Positions 1-9,308 of a stretch of 64,000 nucleotides of DNA are shown in pieces. The notes beneath the pieces were generated by a model that was not told where the DNA came from, did not search any database, and was given only the letters and a program-made list of their open reading frames with translations. A program made the position numbers and the translations under genes. The stretch comes from Calditrichia bacterium. GTDB lineage: Bacteria; Calditrichota; Calditrichia; RBG-13-44-9; J075. The stretch spans positions 1 through 64,000 of the forward strand of contig JBOEGD010000031.1 in assembly GCA_050633245.1 (NCBI GenBank). Direction: 5' to 3'. Every line of letters begins with the position of its first letter. Position 1 is the stretch's first letter.

Positions 1-2
1 AA

Positions 3-65
3 CGGTGAGCGGTGAGCGGTGAGCGGTGAGCGGTGAGCGGTGAGCGGTGAGCGGTGAGCGGTGAG
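3..65. repeat. Heptamer tandem array (CGGTGAG)x9, possibly continuing beyond the window edge
   Basis: Nine perfect 7-bp units read directly. Confidence 0.97.
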
Positions 66-164
66 CGGGCGAAAACTCATTGCAAACTTATACCTTAGCT
101 AGATATATTCTTTAGTAGTCACTCGTTTTTAGTTCACCATTCACCCCCCTAACCTGGGACATTC

Positions 165-845
165 ATGAAAAAAACAGCACTCGTTACCGGCGGAAATCGC
201 GGGATAGGAAAAGCGGTCGTTGCCGGACTGGCAGCACAGGGAATAACCGTTTTGCTGGGCAGCAGAAATCTAGCCGCCGGACAGGAAGCAGCCGCAACCA
301 TAGATGGCGATGTACATGCCGTAGCACTAAATGTCGCGAACCGGGCAACGCTTAAGAAAGAAGTCAAAGCAATTCTACAGGAACATCCGGTAATCGACAT
401 TCTGATAAACAATGCTGCAATTTTGAAAGAAGGCAGCGTTTTGGAAGTCGATGAGAATGAGTTCGATGCTTCCTTGCGAACCAATGTCGGCGGTCCGTTT
501 GATCTTATTCGCCTGCTGGTGCCTGGCATGATTTTGCGAGGATATGGACGGATTGTAAACGTTTCCTCTCAATGGGGTTCTTTTGCGGCGGGTCTAACCG
601 GGCCGGCAGCTTACTGCATCAGTAAAGCGGCAATCAACGCACTCACGATGACACTGGCGCACTCAGTACCGGATAACGTAAAGGTAAATTCAGCCTCTCC
701 CGGTTGGGTACGCACCCGCATGGGCGGAGACTCCGCACCACGATCTGTAGAACAAGGCGCAGACAGCATTATTTTTCTCGCAACCCTGCCGGATGACGGT
801 CCAAACGGCGGTTTTTACCATGATGGAGAACAGGTTGAGTGGTGA
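165..845 (+). CDS. Short-chain dehydrogenase/reductase (carbonyl reductase-like SDR)
   Basis: TGGNRGIG Rossmann motif, INNAAI, NVSS, YCISK catalytic motif, SPGWVRTRMGG. Confidence 0.93.
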   Translation: MKKTALVTGGNRGIGKAVVAGLAAQGITVLLGSRNLAAGQEAAATIDGDVHAVALNVANRATLKKEVKAILQEHPVIDILINNAAILKEGSVLEVDENEFDASLRTNVGGPFDLIRLLVPGMILRGYGRIVNVSSQWGSFAAGLTGPAAYCISKAAINALTMTLAHSVPDNVKVNSASPGWVRTRMGGDSAPRSVEQGADSIIFLATLPDDGPNGGFYHDGEQVEW

Positions 846-885
846 GTTGCAAGTCGGAAGAGGGACAAGGCAATCTTTGAACTCA

Positions 886-930
886 GAACTGTGATTACCG
901 CAGGAATACCCACTAAGGCAATCACAGTTC
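886..930. terminator. Inverted repeat between convergent genes (putative bidirectional terminator or REP-like hairpin)
   Basis: GAACTGTGATT...AATCACAGTTC 11-bp arms. Confidence 0.5.
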
Positions 931-935
931 GAACT

Positions 936-1361
936 CTACTTCACAATCGGCACGTCACTAACCAGCTTCCATTGACCTTTGGCATTTTTTAGTAACGTGA
1001 TAAGCGAGATGAAAGTGGCCTTTTTTCCCATCATTGTAACTTTTGCACTGGCGGTGGTTCCGTTAATAACCAGATTTTCCACCTTTACCTTTCGTGTATC
1101 ACCACCAAATTCCTTAGTGCGAATTTTCTCGAGATAAACCTCGCGGGACATTATACTTACCTCGCTGCTACCAAATAGGCGATTCATCACTACGCGGTAA
1201 TTTGAATCCAAATAACCCGCCAACTTTTCAGCATCATTCATATCTCCTGCTTTGGCAAATCCACTTATCGTCGTATTAATCTCTTTAGCATCTGATGCCT
1301 GAGCATATCCAGACAGTAACGCCAATCCAAAAACAAACATAACTAACATACTCCTTTTCAT
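936..1361 (-). CDS. Secreted NTF2/SnoaL-like (lumazine-binding-like) protein
   Basis: Start moved to MKRSML (AGGAG RBS); signal peptide ending AQA; C-terminal ASAKV...GQWKLVS typical of the NTF2 fold. Confidence 0.75.
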   Translation of the reverse strand: MKRSMLVMFVFGLALLSGYAQASDAKEINTTISGFAKAGDMNDAEKLAGYLDSNYRVVMNRLFGSSEVSIMSREVYLEKIRTKEFGGDTRKVKVENLVINGTTASAKVTMMGKKATFISLITLLKNAKGQWKLVSDVPIVK

Positions 1362-1383
1362 AGCAAACTCCTTAGGGTGAATC

Positions 1384-1406
1384 AATTGTTGATATATCAA
1401 TTAATT
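1384..1406. promoter_or_regulatory. Putative MarR operator (copy 1)
   Basis: Palindrome TTGATATATCAA within AATTGTTGATATATCAATTAATT, upstream of the NTF2 gene; near-identical to copy 2. Confidence 0.7.
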
Positions 1407-1418
1407 GGGTAAAAAATT

Positions 1419-1853
1419 TTATCTCATATTTTCCTGAATTCGCTTAAGCATGGACGTCAGTGTTTCGAGCTCTTGCTTTGAAAAACCCTGCGTACTTTGT
1501 ACACGCTGCTGTTTCACCAGCTCGAAGTGCTTCTGGACAAATGCCGTTCCCTCATCAGTCAGCCGAATATTGTACTGACGACGATTTCCGGGAATAGCTT
1601 CGCGCTGAAGAAACTGCTTTTTTTCCAGTATATCTAATGTCCGGGTAATGGAGGCGGGATCCCGCTGAGAAAACTGTGCCAGCTCTTTCTGCGACAATGG
1701 TTGCGTCTCGTCAATTATCTTTAGCAAAATCCACTGCTCGACTGTTATCCCCAGCTTTAGTTTATCGAATACGCGTTGGGTATGCAGCTTGGCAGTTTTG
1801 CTCGCTTGCTCAATCTGGAACAAAATAACGTCGTGAATAGCAATCTTCTTCAT
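1419..1853 (-). CDS. MarR family transcriptional regulator
   Basis: ITVEQWILL...SQKELA...ITRTLDILEKK...NRRQYNIRLT winged-helix pattern. Confidence 0.93.
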   Translation of the reverse strand: MKKIAIHDVILFQIEQASKTAKLHTQRVFDKLKLGITVEQWILLKIIDETQPLSQKELAQFSQRDPASITRTLDILEKKQFLQREAIPGNRRQYNIRLTDEGTAFVQKHFELVKQQRVQSTQGFSKQELETLTSMLKRIQENMR

Positions 1854-1862
1854 GCAGCCTCA

Positions 1863-1882
1863 ATTGTTGATACATCAACAAT
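1863..1882. promoter_or_regulatory. Putative MarR operator (copy 2, autoregulatory)
   Basis: ATTGTTGATACATCAACAAT palindrome about 10 bp upstream of the marR start. Confidence 0.72.
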
Positions 1883-2016
1883 AAAACATTTCTTACGTGT
1901 TTCCAAACTATTTTTACAATTTTTTCGGAATTCTCCCCGAAATGAGCAATAGAGAGCAGTAATTATAAATTAGTTCTATAAACAATCTTCAAATCGTATT
2001 AAGGACATGCAGCAAA

Positions 2017-2469
2017 ATGACCCGACTTTCATCCAAATTAACGTTTTATGTAAAGAAAATTTTTCCGGGATTCCTCGCCGGACTTCTGCTGTTTATAACA
2101 TTCTCATTCGGCAGAGAACTTTTAACCAATGGATTTTCATCTAATCACTTACCATTTCTTCTCTTCTATGCATTGCTTTCATCCGGTTCATACTGGTTGA
2201 TATCGCGCCTTTGCCTTCCCATTTTGGACCAGGTTTGGATCGATGGAGACGACCTGCACATTTATAACTGGAGCGATGAGGTACGCGTACCGGTTAGCGA
2301 TATTGTTAGCATCTCAAATCGATATGGACAATACATGATACTAAGACTCAGCGAAGAGTACCCATTCAAGCGCGATATGATGTTCCTTCCAAAATTAGAG
2401 TTGCTAAATCCCTCCTTTCATGAAGATATTAGACTTCTAACGGATAAGATAGCTGTTTCGAGCGATTGA
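2017..2469 (+). CDS. Hypothetical membrane protein (2 TM plus possible PH-like domain)
   Basis: 150-aa ORF with two hydrophobic segments followed by a beta-rich region. Confidence 0.65.
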   Translation: MTRLSSKLTFYVKKIFPGFLAGLLLFITFSFGRELLTNGFSSNHLPFLLFYALLSSGSYWLISRLCLPILDQVWIDGDDLHIYNWSDEVRVPVSDIVSISNRYGQYMILRLSEEYPFKRDMMFLPKLELLNPSFHEDIRLLTDKIAVSSD

Positions 2470-2599
2470 CGTGCATATTCCGGCGGCGTAGAAAGACGCT
2501 TTATGAAAAAACAACATTTCGTTAGGGCAGCTATCAGCTGTTTTCTGTCTCACCAACAAACGAAGAGTTTTCTTATATCCATCAATCAAGGAGAATAAT

Positions 2600-2971
2600 A
2601 TGAATCTTGGAGCGTTTTCCGTCAGTCTTGCAGTAAAAGATATCAAAGCATCGAAAGCATTTTATGAGAAGTTGGGATTTGAAGAAGCAGGTGGCGACAT
2701 CACGCAGAACTGGCTGATCCTAAGAAACGGCACGCACGTCATCGGACTGTTTCAGGGCATGTTTGAAAAGAACATTCTCACCTTTAATCCGGGCTGGAAC
2801 CAGAATGCTGAATCGCTGGATTCCTTTACCGATGTACGGGAGTTACAGAAACAACTGAAGTCTGACGGCATGGAATTCAATGTTGAAGCAGATGAGTCGA
2901 CAAAAGGTCCGGCGAGCTTCGTATTAACTGACCCTGATGGCAATCCGGTTCTAGTCGATCAGCACGTGTAG
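2600..2971 (+). CDS. VOC/glyoxalase family protein
   Basis: [19 protein letters not shown]...[12 protein letters not shown]; strong AGGAG RBS. Confidence 0.92.
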   Translation: MNLGAFSVSLAVKDIKASKAFYEKLGFEEAGGDITQNWLILRNGTHVIGLFQGMFEKNILTFNPGWNQNAESLDSFTDVRELQKQLKSDGMEFNVEADESTKGPASFVLTDPDGNPVLVDQHV

Positions 2972-3052
2972 TACGTTTCTAAAATCGCGTATCGCTACGC
3001 CCTGAGCCGAAGCGCTGCACTTATTGGACTGTAATATCAGCAAACGCCTTAG

Positions 3053-3072
3053 CTACAGAATCTCTTCAGAAT
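3053..3072 (+). promoter_or_regulatory. Putative OmpR-type response regulator box
   Basis: CTACAGAAT-CT-CTTCAGAAT direct repeat with 11-bp period; a similar site lies at 5041. Confidence 0.5.
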
Positions 3073-3111
3073 CAGGTGTTTATTTGTATGAACATCAATC
3101 AGGGAACCGAG

Positions 3112-3789
3112 ATGAAAATACTGTTAATTGAAGATGAAGTAAGTCTGTCTGATGCAATAACAACCTACTTAGTGGAAAGTAATTACATCTGCGAATCGGT
3201 GACAACGGTTGCCGATGCAGAGGAAAAAGTAGATCTCTACGAATACGACGTTATTTTAGTCGATATTTCTCTCCCTGATGGCAATGGACTCGACATCATT
3301 GAATTGTTAAAAAAGGCGCGTTCCAATTCAGGCATCGTCATTATTTCCGCCAAAAATTCTATCGATGACAAAATAATCGGCCTAAACCTTGGCGCAGACG
3401 ACTACATCACCAAGCCGTTCCATATGGCTGAGCTAAATGCCCGTATAAAATCGGTTATTCGCAGGCGACAATTTGAAGGACATGCAAAAGTAGAATTCAA
3501 CGAGATAAACATTAATCTCGATACATCCGACGTCTATGTGGGAGAAGAAAAGATTGATCTGACCGGCAAGGAGTATAAGCTGCTTTTGTATTTTATCGCC
3601 AATCGCAACCGCGTCGTTACCAAAGAAGCAATAGCAGAACACTTATGGGGAGACCACATTGAGATGGTGGATTCATTCGACTTCATCTACACCCACATCA
3701 AGAATATGCGTAAAAAGGTACTGACCAAATGCAAAGAGGATTACCTGCACACGATTTATGGAATGGGCTATAAGCTCTTGTCTGAATGA
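3112..3789 (+). CDS. OmpR/PhoB family response regulator
   Basis: MKILLIEDE, phospho-acceptor in LVDISLPDG, GADDYITKPF, C-terminal wHTH TIYGMGY; start moved to MKILL. Confidence 0.95.
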   Translation: MKILLIEDEVSLSDAITTYLVESNYICESVTTVADAEEKVDLYEYDVILVDISLPDGNGLDIIELLKKARSNSGIVIISAKNSIDDKIIGLNLGADDYITKPFHMAELNARIKSVIRRRQFEGHAKVEFNEININLDTSDVYVGEEKIDLTGKEYKLLLYFIANRNRVVTKEAIAEHLWGDHIEMVDSFDFIYTHIKNMRKKVLTKCKEDYLHTIYGMGYKLLSE

Positions 3790-5036
3790 AATTACTTGCA
3801 AAAACAAACCGCTATTATCTGCTATTTACCCCTCTGCTTCTATTGCTGGGCAGCGTAGTCATATTCCTCGTCGTGCGGTTTCAGATGTATGATGATATAG
3901 ATGAGCGCTTACTCTATCAAAAGCGAATTGTGCTGGAAGAATTGAGTAACGGACGTATACCTGGTGCCGGAAAGCTACTGGAAGTAACAACCATTAACCC
4001 CTCGGAGCAGATTAAATTAAGTTATTCTGATACGGTTTTTTATGAACCGGATGAGGCTGAATATATCCCGTATCGCCAACTCATTTTTTCAGAAACGATC
4101 GACAGCATAAATTTTGTAATTGCAATCAGAAATTCCCCCGGTGAAATTGAACCACTGGTACTCAGCATCACACTATCGTTAACACTGGTTTTCCTCGGCA
4201 TGCTCCTGGCCGCAAACTATCTCAGTGGCACAATAAATCAAAAGATCTGGTCTCCCTTCAACGTCACGCTAAATCGCATACGACACTTCGACCTCACGCA
4301 GAAGAAAGCTCTCTCCCTTGAAGAGAGCGATATTGATGAATTTAATGAATTAAATCAGGTGCTTAAGACGATGTCTGCACGTCTTAACAAGGACTATTCT
4401 TCCTTAAAGGAATTTGCCGAGAACGCAGCACATGAAATGCAGACCCCGTTGGCAATTATTCGATCAAAGATAGAACTGCTTATGCAATCCAGCGGGCTGA
4501 GCGAAAAACAAAGTGAGCTTCTTTTAAGCAGCAGTGAAGCCGCTGGCCGGTTATCACGACTCAGCACCTCATTGCTTTTGCTGACAAAAATCGAAAATCG
4601 ACAATTCCACAATCCAGAGCCTGTCGATCTCAATTCACTTGTCAAAAAGATGCTCGTCGATTTGGAAGAGTTTATCATCTTCCGACAATTATCAAGCGAA
4701 CTTACCAAAGAAGGCCACTGCATTCAGACAATGAATGCCACACTGGCTGAAATCATGGTCAGCAACCTCCTTCAAAATGCCATACGCTATGCGCACTCCC
4801 CCTCTACCATATCCATTCGCACAACTTCCGAGTTATTAGAGGTACGCAATAACGGCAAGCAACTTCCCTTCGATAGTGCGAAACTCTTTCAGCGCTTCCA
4901 AAAAGGAACTGGCAGTTCACAATCTCTCGGACTCGGACTGGCAATTGTACAGGAGATTTGCGACACCTATGCCTTCAAATGCAGCTATTGCTACGACGGA
5001 ACAGATCATAAATTTCAAATTTTATTCAAAAAATAG
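3786..5036 (+). CDS. Membrane sensor histidine kinase
   Basis: Two TM segments, H-box NAAHEMQTPL, N-box NLLQNAIRY, G2 GLGLAIV; overlaps the regulator stop. Confidence 0.95.
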   Translation: MKLLAKTNRYYLLFTPLLLLLGSVVIFLVVRFQMYDDIDERLLYQKRIVLEELSNGRIPGAGKLLEVTTINPSEQIKLSYSDTVFYEPDEAEYIPYRQLIFSETIDSINFVIAIRNSPGEIEPLVLSITLSLTLVFLGMLLAANYLSGTINQKIWSPFNVTLNRIRHFDLTQKKALSLEESDIDEFNELNQVLKTMSARLNKDYSSLKEFAENAAHEMQTPLAIIRSKIELLMQSSGLSEKQSELLLSSSEAAGRLSRLSTSLLLLTKIENRQFHNPEPVDLNSLVKKMLVDLEEFIIFRQLSSELTKEGHCIQTMNATLAEIMVSNLLQNAIRYAHSPSTISIRTTSELLEVRNNGKQLPFDSAKLFQRFQKGTGSSQSLGLGLAIVQEICDTYAFKCSYCYDGTDHKFQILFKK

Positions 5037-5040
5037 TCCG

Positions 5041-5060
5041 CTACAGAATTCCTCCAAATT
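5041..5060 (+). promoter_or_regulatory. Second putative response regulator box, upstream of the TonB receptor
   Basis: CTACAGAAT-TC-CTCCAAATT resembles the site at 3053. Confidence 0.42.
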
Positions 5061-5112
5061 CACATCGTTTATTCTCCACAGACAATGGCAAAACCAACGT
5101 TATGGAGATATC

Positions 5113-7476
5113 ATGCAATTCCTTCTTAAATCATTCACGCTTATTCTGCTAAGTACTTCACTGCTGGTTGCACAGGGAAAAACGGTTACGCTTAGCGGTT
5201 ACGTTTCCGATCGTGCCAGCGGTGAAGCATTAATTGGGGCAAATATTGTCGTGGAGGGTAAATCGATTGGCAGCAGCACAAATCAATATGGCTTTTATTC
5301 GCTCTCTCTTCAGGCAGGTGCATATCGTATAAACGCCAGCTATCTTGGGTATCAGACCACATCAATTGACATTAACCTCACCGCTGCGCGTAAACTGGAT
5401 ATTGAACTACAGTCAATTTCGGTTCAGGGTGAAATAGTTGAGGTGACGGCAGAATCTGCCGATCAGAATGTTCAGAGTATGGAAATCGGTGTGGAAAAAC
5501 TGGATGTTCAAATAATCAAACAGGTGCCCGTCGTTCTTGGTGAAGTGGACGTGCTCAAAACCATTCAGTTGCTCCCCGGCGTTTCGCAGGTAGCCGAAGG
5601 CTCTGCCGGGTTTAACGTCCGTGGTGGCAGTGCAGATCAAAATCTGGTACTGCTCGATGAAGCACCTGTTTACAATGCCTCTCACCTATTCGGTTTCTTT
5701 TCCGTCTTCAATAACGACGCAACCAAAGATGTTAAGCTCTATAAAAGCGGTATTCCGGCGCAGTATGGGGGGAGGCTTTCTTCGGTGCTGGATGTGCGTC
5801 AAAAGGAAGGCAACTCAAAAAAGTTCGCGGTCAGCAGCGGAATAGGCCTGATATCCAGCCGGCTGCTCTTGGAGGGTCCAATCGGGCAAAATAAGGGATC
5901 AATTATGCTTGCGGGAAGGCGTTCTTATGCAGATGTGTTCTTAAAGCTGGCGGGCAATAATAACACCGCTTTTTTCTACGATTTGAACTTCAAGACGAAC
6001 TATCAGCTGTCTGACAACGATCGCCTATACGCTTCAGGGTATCTCGGACGGGATCGCTTTGAAATCGCTGATATTCTCGGAACCAGTTGGGGAAACAGCG
6101 CATTTACGCTGCGCTGGAATCATTTGTTCAGTGATCGCCTATTTTCGAACTTTACGGCAATTTACAGCAATTACGACTACTCGCTGGATCTTCTGGCAAG
6201 CGGATCGGAATACAATTGGAAATCAAATATCATTAATACCCACTTAAAGGCCGATGCTGCTTTTTTCATCAATAATACCTATCGCCTCGAATTCGGCGGC
6301 GGGAGCATCTTTTATAATTTTCAGCCCGGCAGCATTAAGCCACTGCAAAACTCCGGCGTAATTCCGACATCCCTTGATGAAAAGTTTGGTGTTGAATCCG
6401 CAGGCTATCTATCTCTGGAGCAAAAACTCTCCGACCGCCTCAGCTTCACCTACGGCTTGCGTTTTTCAAACTTTATGCGATTAGGCGATCAAACACTGCG
6501 TCAATATGAGAATGATGCTCCAGTGGTCTTCGATCCAATAACGCAACGCTATGAAGGGGGTCGGGTAATCGGGGAGGAAGCGTTTTCCAAGAATGAACGT
6601 ATTGCCTCGTTTAACGGCCTTGAACCACGGTTTGCAGCGCGTGTTCTTGTCGATCAAAGTAGCTCAATTAAATTGGGATATAATCGCACGCGCCAGTATA
6701 TACACCTAATCTCAAATACATCTTCCCCCACTCCCCTCGATATCTGGGCTCCGAGCGGTTCTTTTATCGAGCCTCAGATATCGGATCAGATTGCTGCAGG
6801 CTACTTCCGCAATTTTGCAAACGATCGCTTTGAGACCAGTATCGAGGGGTATTACAAGGATATGCAAAATCAACTCGATTACATCGATGGTGCAGACCTA
6901 ACCGTCAATAATTATCTGGAGACAGAATTGCTGAGCGGTCGGGGCAGAGCCTATGGAGCGGAATTGTCTATCCGTAAGAAGCAAGGTAAGCTGACCGGCT
7001 GGCTTAGCTATACGCTTTCTCGCAGCGAGCGTCAGGTAAAAGGCATAGCTGATGCTGATCCCGGGATTAATAACGGAGAATATTATCCCAGTAACTTCGA
7101 TCGTCTGCACGACCTGTCGCTTACCGCAATCTACCAGCGTTCGAGGCGAGTGGGCTTTTCGGGGAATTTTATTTTCTCTACCGGTAGACCGGTAAGTTAT
7201 CCAGGCGGAAGATACCGCTTTAGCAATCTGATTATCCCACAATTTGAAGACCGTAATCAAAACAGATTGCCAGCGTATCACCGCCTGGACCTCGCGATAA
7301 ACATAAATGAGTTTTGGGGAGGCGACTGGACGTTTGGTATATACAATCTTTACAATCGTCAGAATGCATCATCCATTCGATTCCGCCAAAAAGAGGATCA
7401 GCCGCTTACCAGCGAGGCAGTACGCCTGTCATTTTTCGGTATTGTTCCCAGTATCACATACAACATCAGCTTCTGA
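5113..7476 (+). CDS. TonB-dependent receptor with N-terminal carboxypeptidase-regulatory-like domain
   Basis: Start moved to MQFLLKS (GGAG RBS, signal peptide); SGYVSD..SGEALIGANI; plug motif VRGGSADQNLVLLD; terminal Phe. Confidence 0.93.
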   Translation: MQFLLKSFTLILLSTSLLVAQGKTVTLSGYVSDRASGEALIGANIVVEGKSIGSSTNQYGFYSLSLQAGAYRINASYLGYQTTSIDINLTAARKLDIELQSISVQGEIVEVTAESADQNVQSMEIGVEKLDVQIIKQVPVVLGEVDVLKTIQLLPGVSQVAEGSAGFNVRGGSADQNLVLLDEAPVYNASHLFGFFSVFNNDATKDVKLYKSGIPAQYGGRLSSVLDVRQKEGNSKKFAVSSGIGLISSRLLLEGPIGQNKGSIMLAGRRSYADVFLKLAGNNNTAFFYDLNFKTNYQLSDNDRLYASGYLGRDRFEIADILGTSWGNSAFTLRWNHLFSDRLFSNFTAIYSNYDYSLDLLASGSEYNWKSNIINTHLKADAAFFINNTYRLEFGGGSIFYNFQPGSIKPLQNSGVIPTSLDEKFGVESAGYLSLEQKLSDRLSFTYGLRFSNFMRLGDQTLRQYENDAPVVFDPITQRYEGGRVIGEEAFSKNERIASFNGLEPRFAARVLVDQSSSIKLGYNRTRQYIHLISNTSSPTPLDIWAPSGSFIEPQISDQIAAGYFRNFANDRFETSIEGYYKDMQNQLDYIDGADLTVNNYLETELLSGRGRAYGAELSIRKKQGKLTGWLSYTLSRSERQVKGIADADPGINNGEYYPSNFDRLHDLSLTAIYQRSRRVGFSGNFIFSTGRPVSYPGGRYRFSNLIIPQFEDRNQNRLPAYHRLDLAININEFWGGDWTFGIYNLYNRQNASSIRFRQKEDQPLTSEAVRLSFFGIVPSITYNISF

Positions 7477-7487
7477 GGAGACCTGAA

Positions 7488-8354
7488 ATGAGAACCTACT
7501 TTAAATACATCTGCATATTTGCTCTTGGCGGCGCATTCTTTTCCTGTGAAACCATTGTGGATTTGGATTTACCGCAAAATCAGCAACGCCTTGTTGTTGA
7601 GGGTCGCATCGAAAAAATACTCGGCGAGAATTCCGGATATCAACAAATTCGCCTTTCGTTAACTGAAGACTTCTTTAATGACCAATTACCGCCGGCAGCA
7701 TCGAACGCAATGGTTTCAGTGATTGATGAGAATGGGAGAAGTTGGGAGTTTTCAGAATCTGAGACAGAACCCGGTCTTTACACCACGGACAGTCTTTTTG
7801 CAGAAATAGAAATACAATACACCCTGTCCATCCTGTACAACGGGGAAACTTATGAAGGCAGGGAAACACTGCATGCCGTACCGCCGATAGATTCAATTTA
7901 TCAGGTATTTGTGGAAGAAAATGAATTTGAAGATGAGGGAATTCGTGCGAGAATTAATTATCGCGACCCGATAAACGCTGAGAATTTTTATCTGTGGGAG
8001 CAATATGCCGATGGCCAGCTGCAGCTTTTGCCCGATCCGGGTAATAAATTTAATCTGATTGCATCCGATGAATTTTATGATGGGCAGCAAATAGTCGGTT
8101 ATGAGCCTAATGAAGAAGCTGTGCTCGAACCGGGTCAAACAGTTCAAATTAAACAGATTGCAATTTCCAAACAGACTTACGATTATTACTATATCATTTT
8201 TGAACAAACCGCAAGCGGAGAGCTTTTCGATCCACCACCTGCAACGATCCGGGGGAATGTGGTAAACATAACGAACTCTGAGAACTATGCGCTAGGCTAT
8301 TTTAGCGCCGCTGAGGTTTCTAGTCAAAGTCTGACAATAGAGGCTATACCATAG
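7488..8354 (+). CDS. DUF4249 family lipoprotein (TonB receptor partner)
   Basis: Lipobox FFSC, RLVVEG, C-terminal PATIRGNV...ALGYF; directly follows the receptor. Confidence 0.85.
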   Translation: MRTYFKYICIFALGGAFFSCETIVDLDLPQNQQRLVVEGRIEKILGENSGYQQIRLSLTEDFFNDQLPPAASNAMVSVIDENGRSWEFSESETEPGLYTTDSLFAEIEIQYTLSILYNGETYEGRETLHAVPPIDSIYQVFVEENEFEDEGIRARINYRDPINAENFYLWEQYADGQLQLLPDPGNKFNLIASDEFYDGQQIVGYEPNEEAVLEPGQTVQIKQIAISKQTYDYYYIIFEQTASGELFDPPPATIRGNVVNITNSENYALGYFSAAEVSSQSLTIEAIP

Positions 8355-8459
8355 TAAAACAAGGCATTATGCAATCCGACACAGTTTCTGATTCGTATGT
8401 CCTATACCATGGCTAATGAGTTTATATGACACTCACAACTTTCTTCTATAGGACATACA

Positions 8460-9155
8460 ATGAATGATACTTTACAACGACTGATCATGTTGACTTTCTT
8501 TTCTTTGTCAATAGCAGCCGATCAACCGCCAAAACCTGAAATAAGTATTGCCTCAAAGTGGGAGAGCAAATATGTATCTGAGGGTCGGAATAATCTTCCC
8601 GATGGCGGCCTTGCCACGCTGGAAGCAGCTGCAGCATGGATAAATATAGCACTATCAACCTGGATCGTTACCGGAACCAGGGAGAATTATCAGGAGTTAC
8701 AGTTTACGACAGAGTATAGCAATGCCATAAGTAATATTGAATTCTACACCGCCTTCACGCGCCTGCAGTTTCCGGCAGACGATGCCAGCGACAACGAACT
8801 ATCAGCAGGTTTGGCTTTTGCGGGACTGCCAGATATTACTCCGGCAATTGATTATGTTTTTTCGACCGGAGCATCCGGGGGCTTCCTGGAAATATCGCTC
8901 AGTTCCGAGCAGCCGATGCTGGAAGGAATGCTCACGGCAACGCCTTATATTTTGCAGGCATTCGATTTTGGGTATGCCAGCGAGAGCTTCAACGGATACA
9001 ACAACTTCCAGCTGGGTCTGGAAGTCGCAATGCCGTTCAACGAAACTTTCGGTCTTGCCGGATCCGTTGCCCACTCCATTGCAATGGATGATGTTGAGAA
9101 AGAAAATCTGGGTAACGTCAGCTGGTTTACGATTGGCTTGACGGGAAGCTTTTAG
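8460..9155 (+). CDS. Putative outer-membrane beta-barrel protein
   Basis: Signal peptide, SKYVSEGR motif, amphipathic strands, terminal Phe. Confidence 0.65.
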   Translation: MNDTLQRLIMLTFFSLSIAADQPPKPEISIASKWESKYVSEGRNNLPDGGLATLEAAAAWINIALSTWIVTGTRENYQELQFTTEYSNAISNIEFYTAFTRLQFPADDASDNELSAGLAFAGLPDITPAIDYVFSTGASGGFLEISLSSEQPMLEGMLTATPYILQAFDFGYASESFNGYNNFQLGLEVAMPFNETFGLAGSVAHSIAMDDVEKENLGNVSWFTIGLTGSF

Positions 9156-9174
9156 ATAGATATAACGATATAAA

Positions 9175-9210
9175 ACCCGTTGAGCCGCGATGCATCGTGG
9201 CTCAACGGGT
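9175..9210. repeat. REP-like palindrome (GCGATGCATCGC core family)
   Basis: ACCCGTTGAGCCGCGATGCATCGTGGCTCAACGGGT near-perfect inverted repeat; relatives at 11104, 33691 and 35747. Confidence 0.8.
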
Positions 9211-9308
9211 AAGTCTCAACCATCACCAAAACAAATAGCTTGTCTTCCCATTGCGTTTGTAATTTATTGTCTTATCGCTCAGGAAACGATTCCACAATGG
9301 ACAAGCTA

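Noticed and set aside
149-529. Antisense ORF over the SDR gene, and similar shadow ORFs throughout the track
   Set aside because: They lie opposite or out of frame to well-supported genes and have no motifs of their own.
4876-5112. 79-aa N-terminal extension of the TonB receptor
   Set aside because: It overlaps the kinase gene. The RBS and signal peptide support the ATG at 5113.
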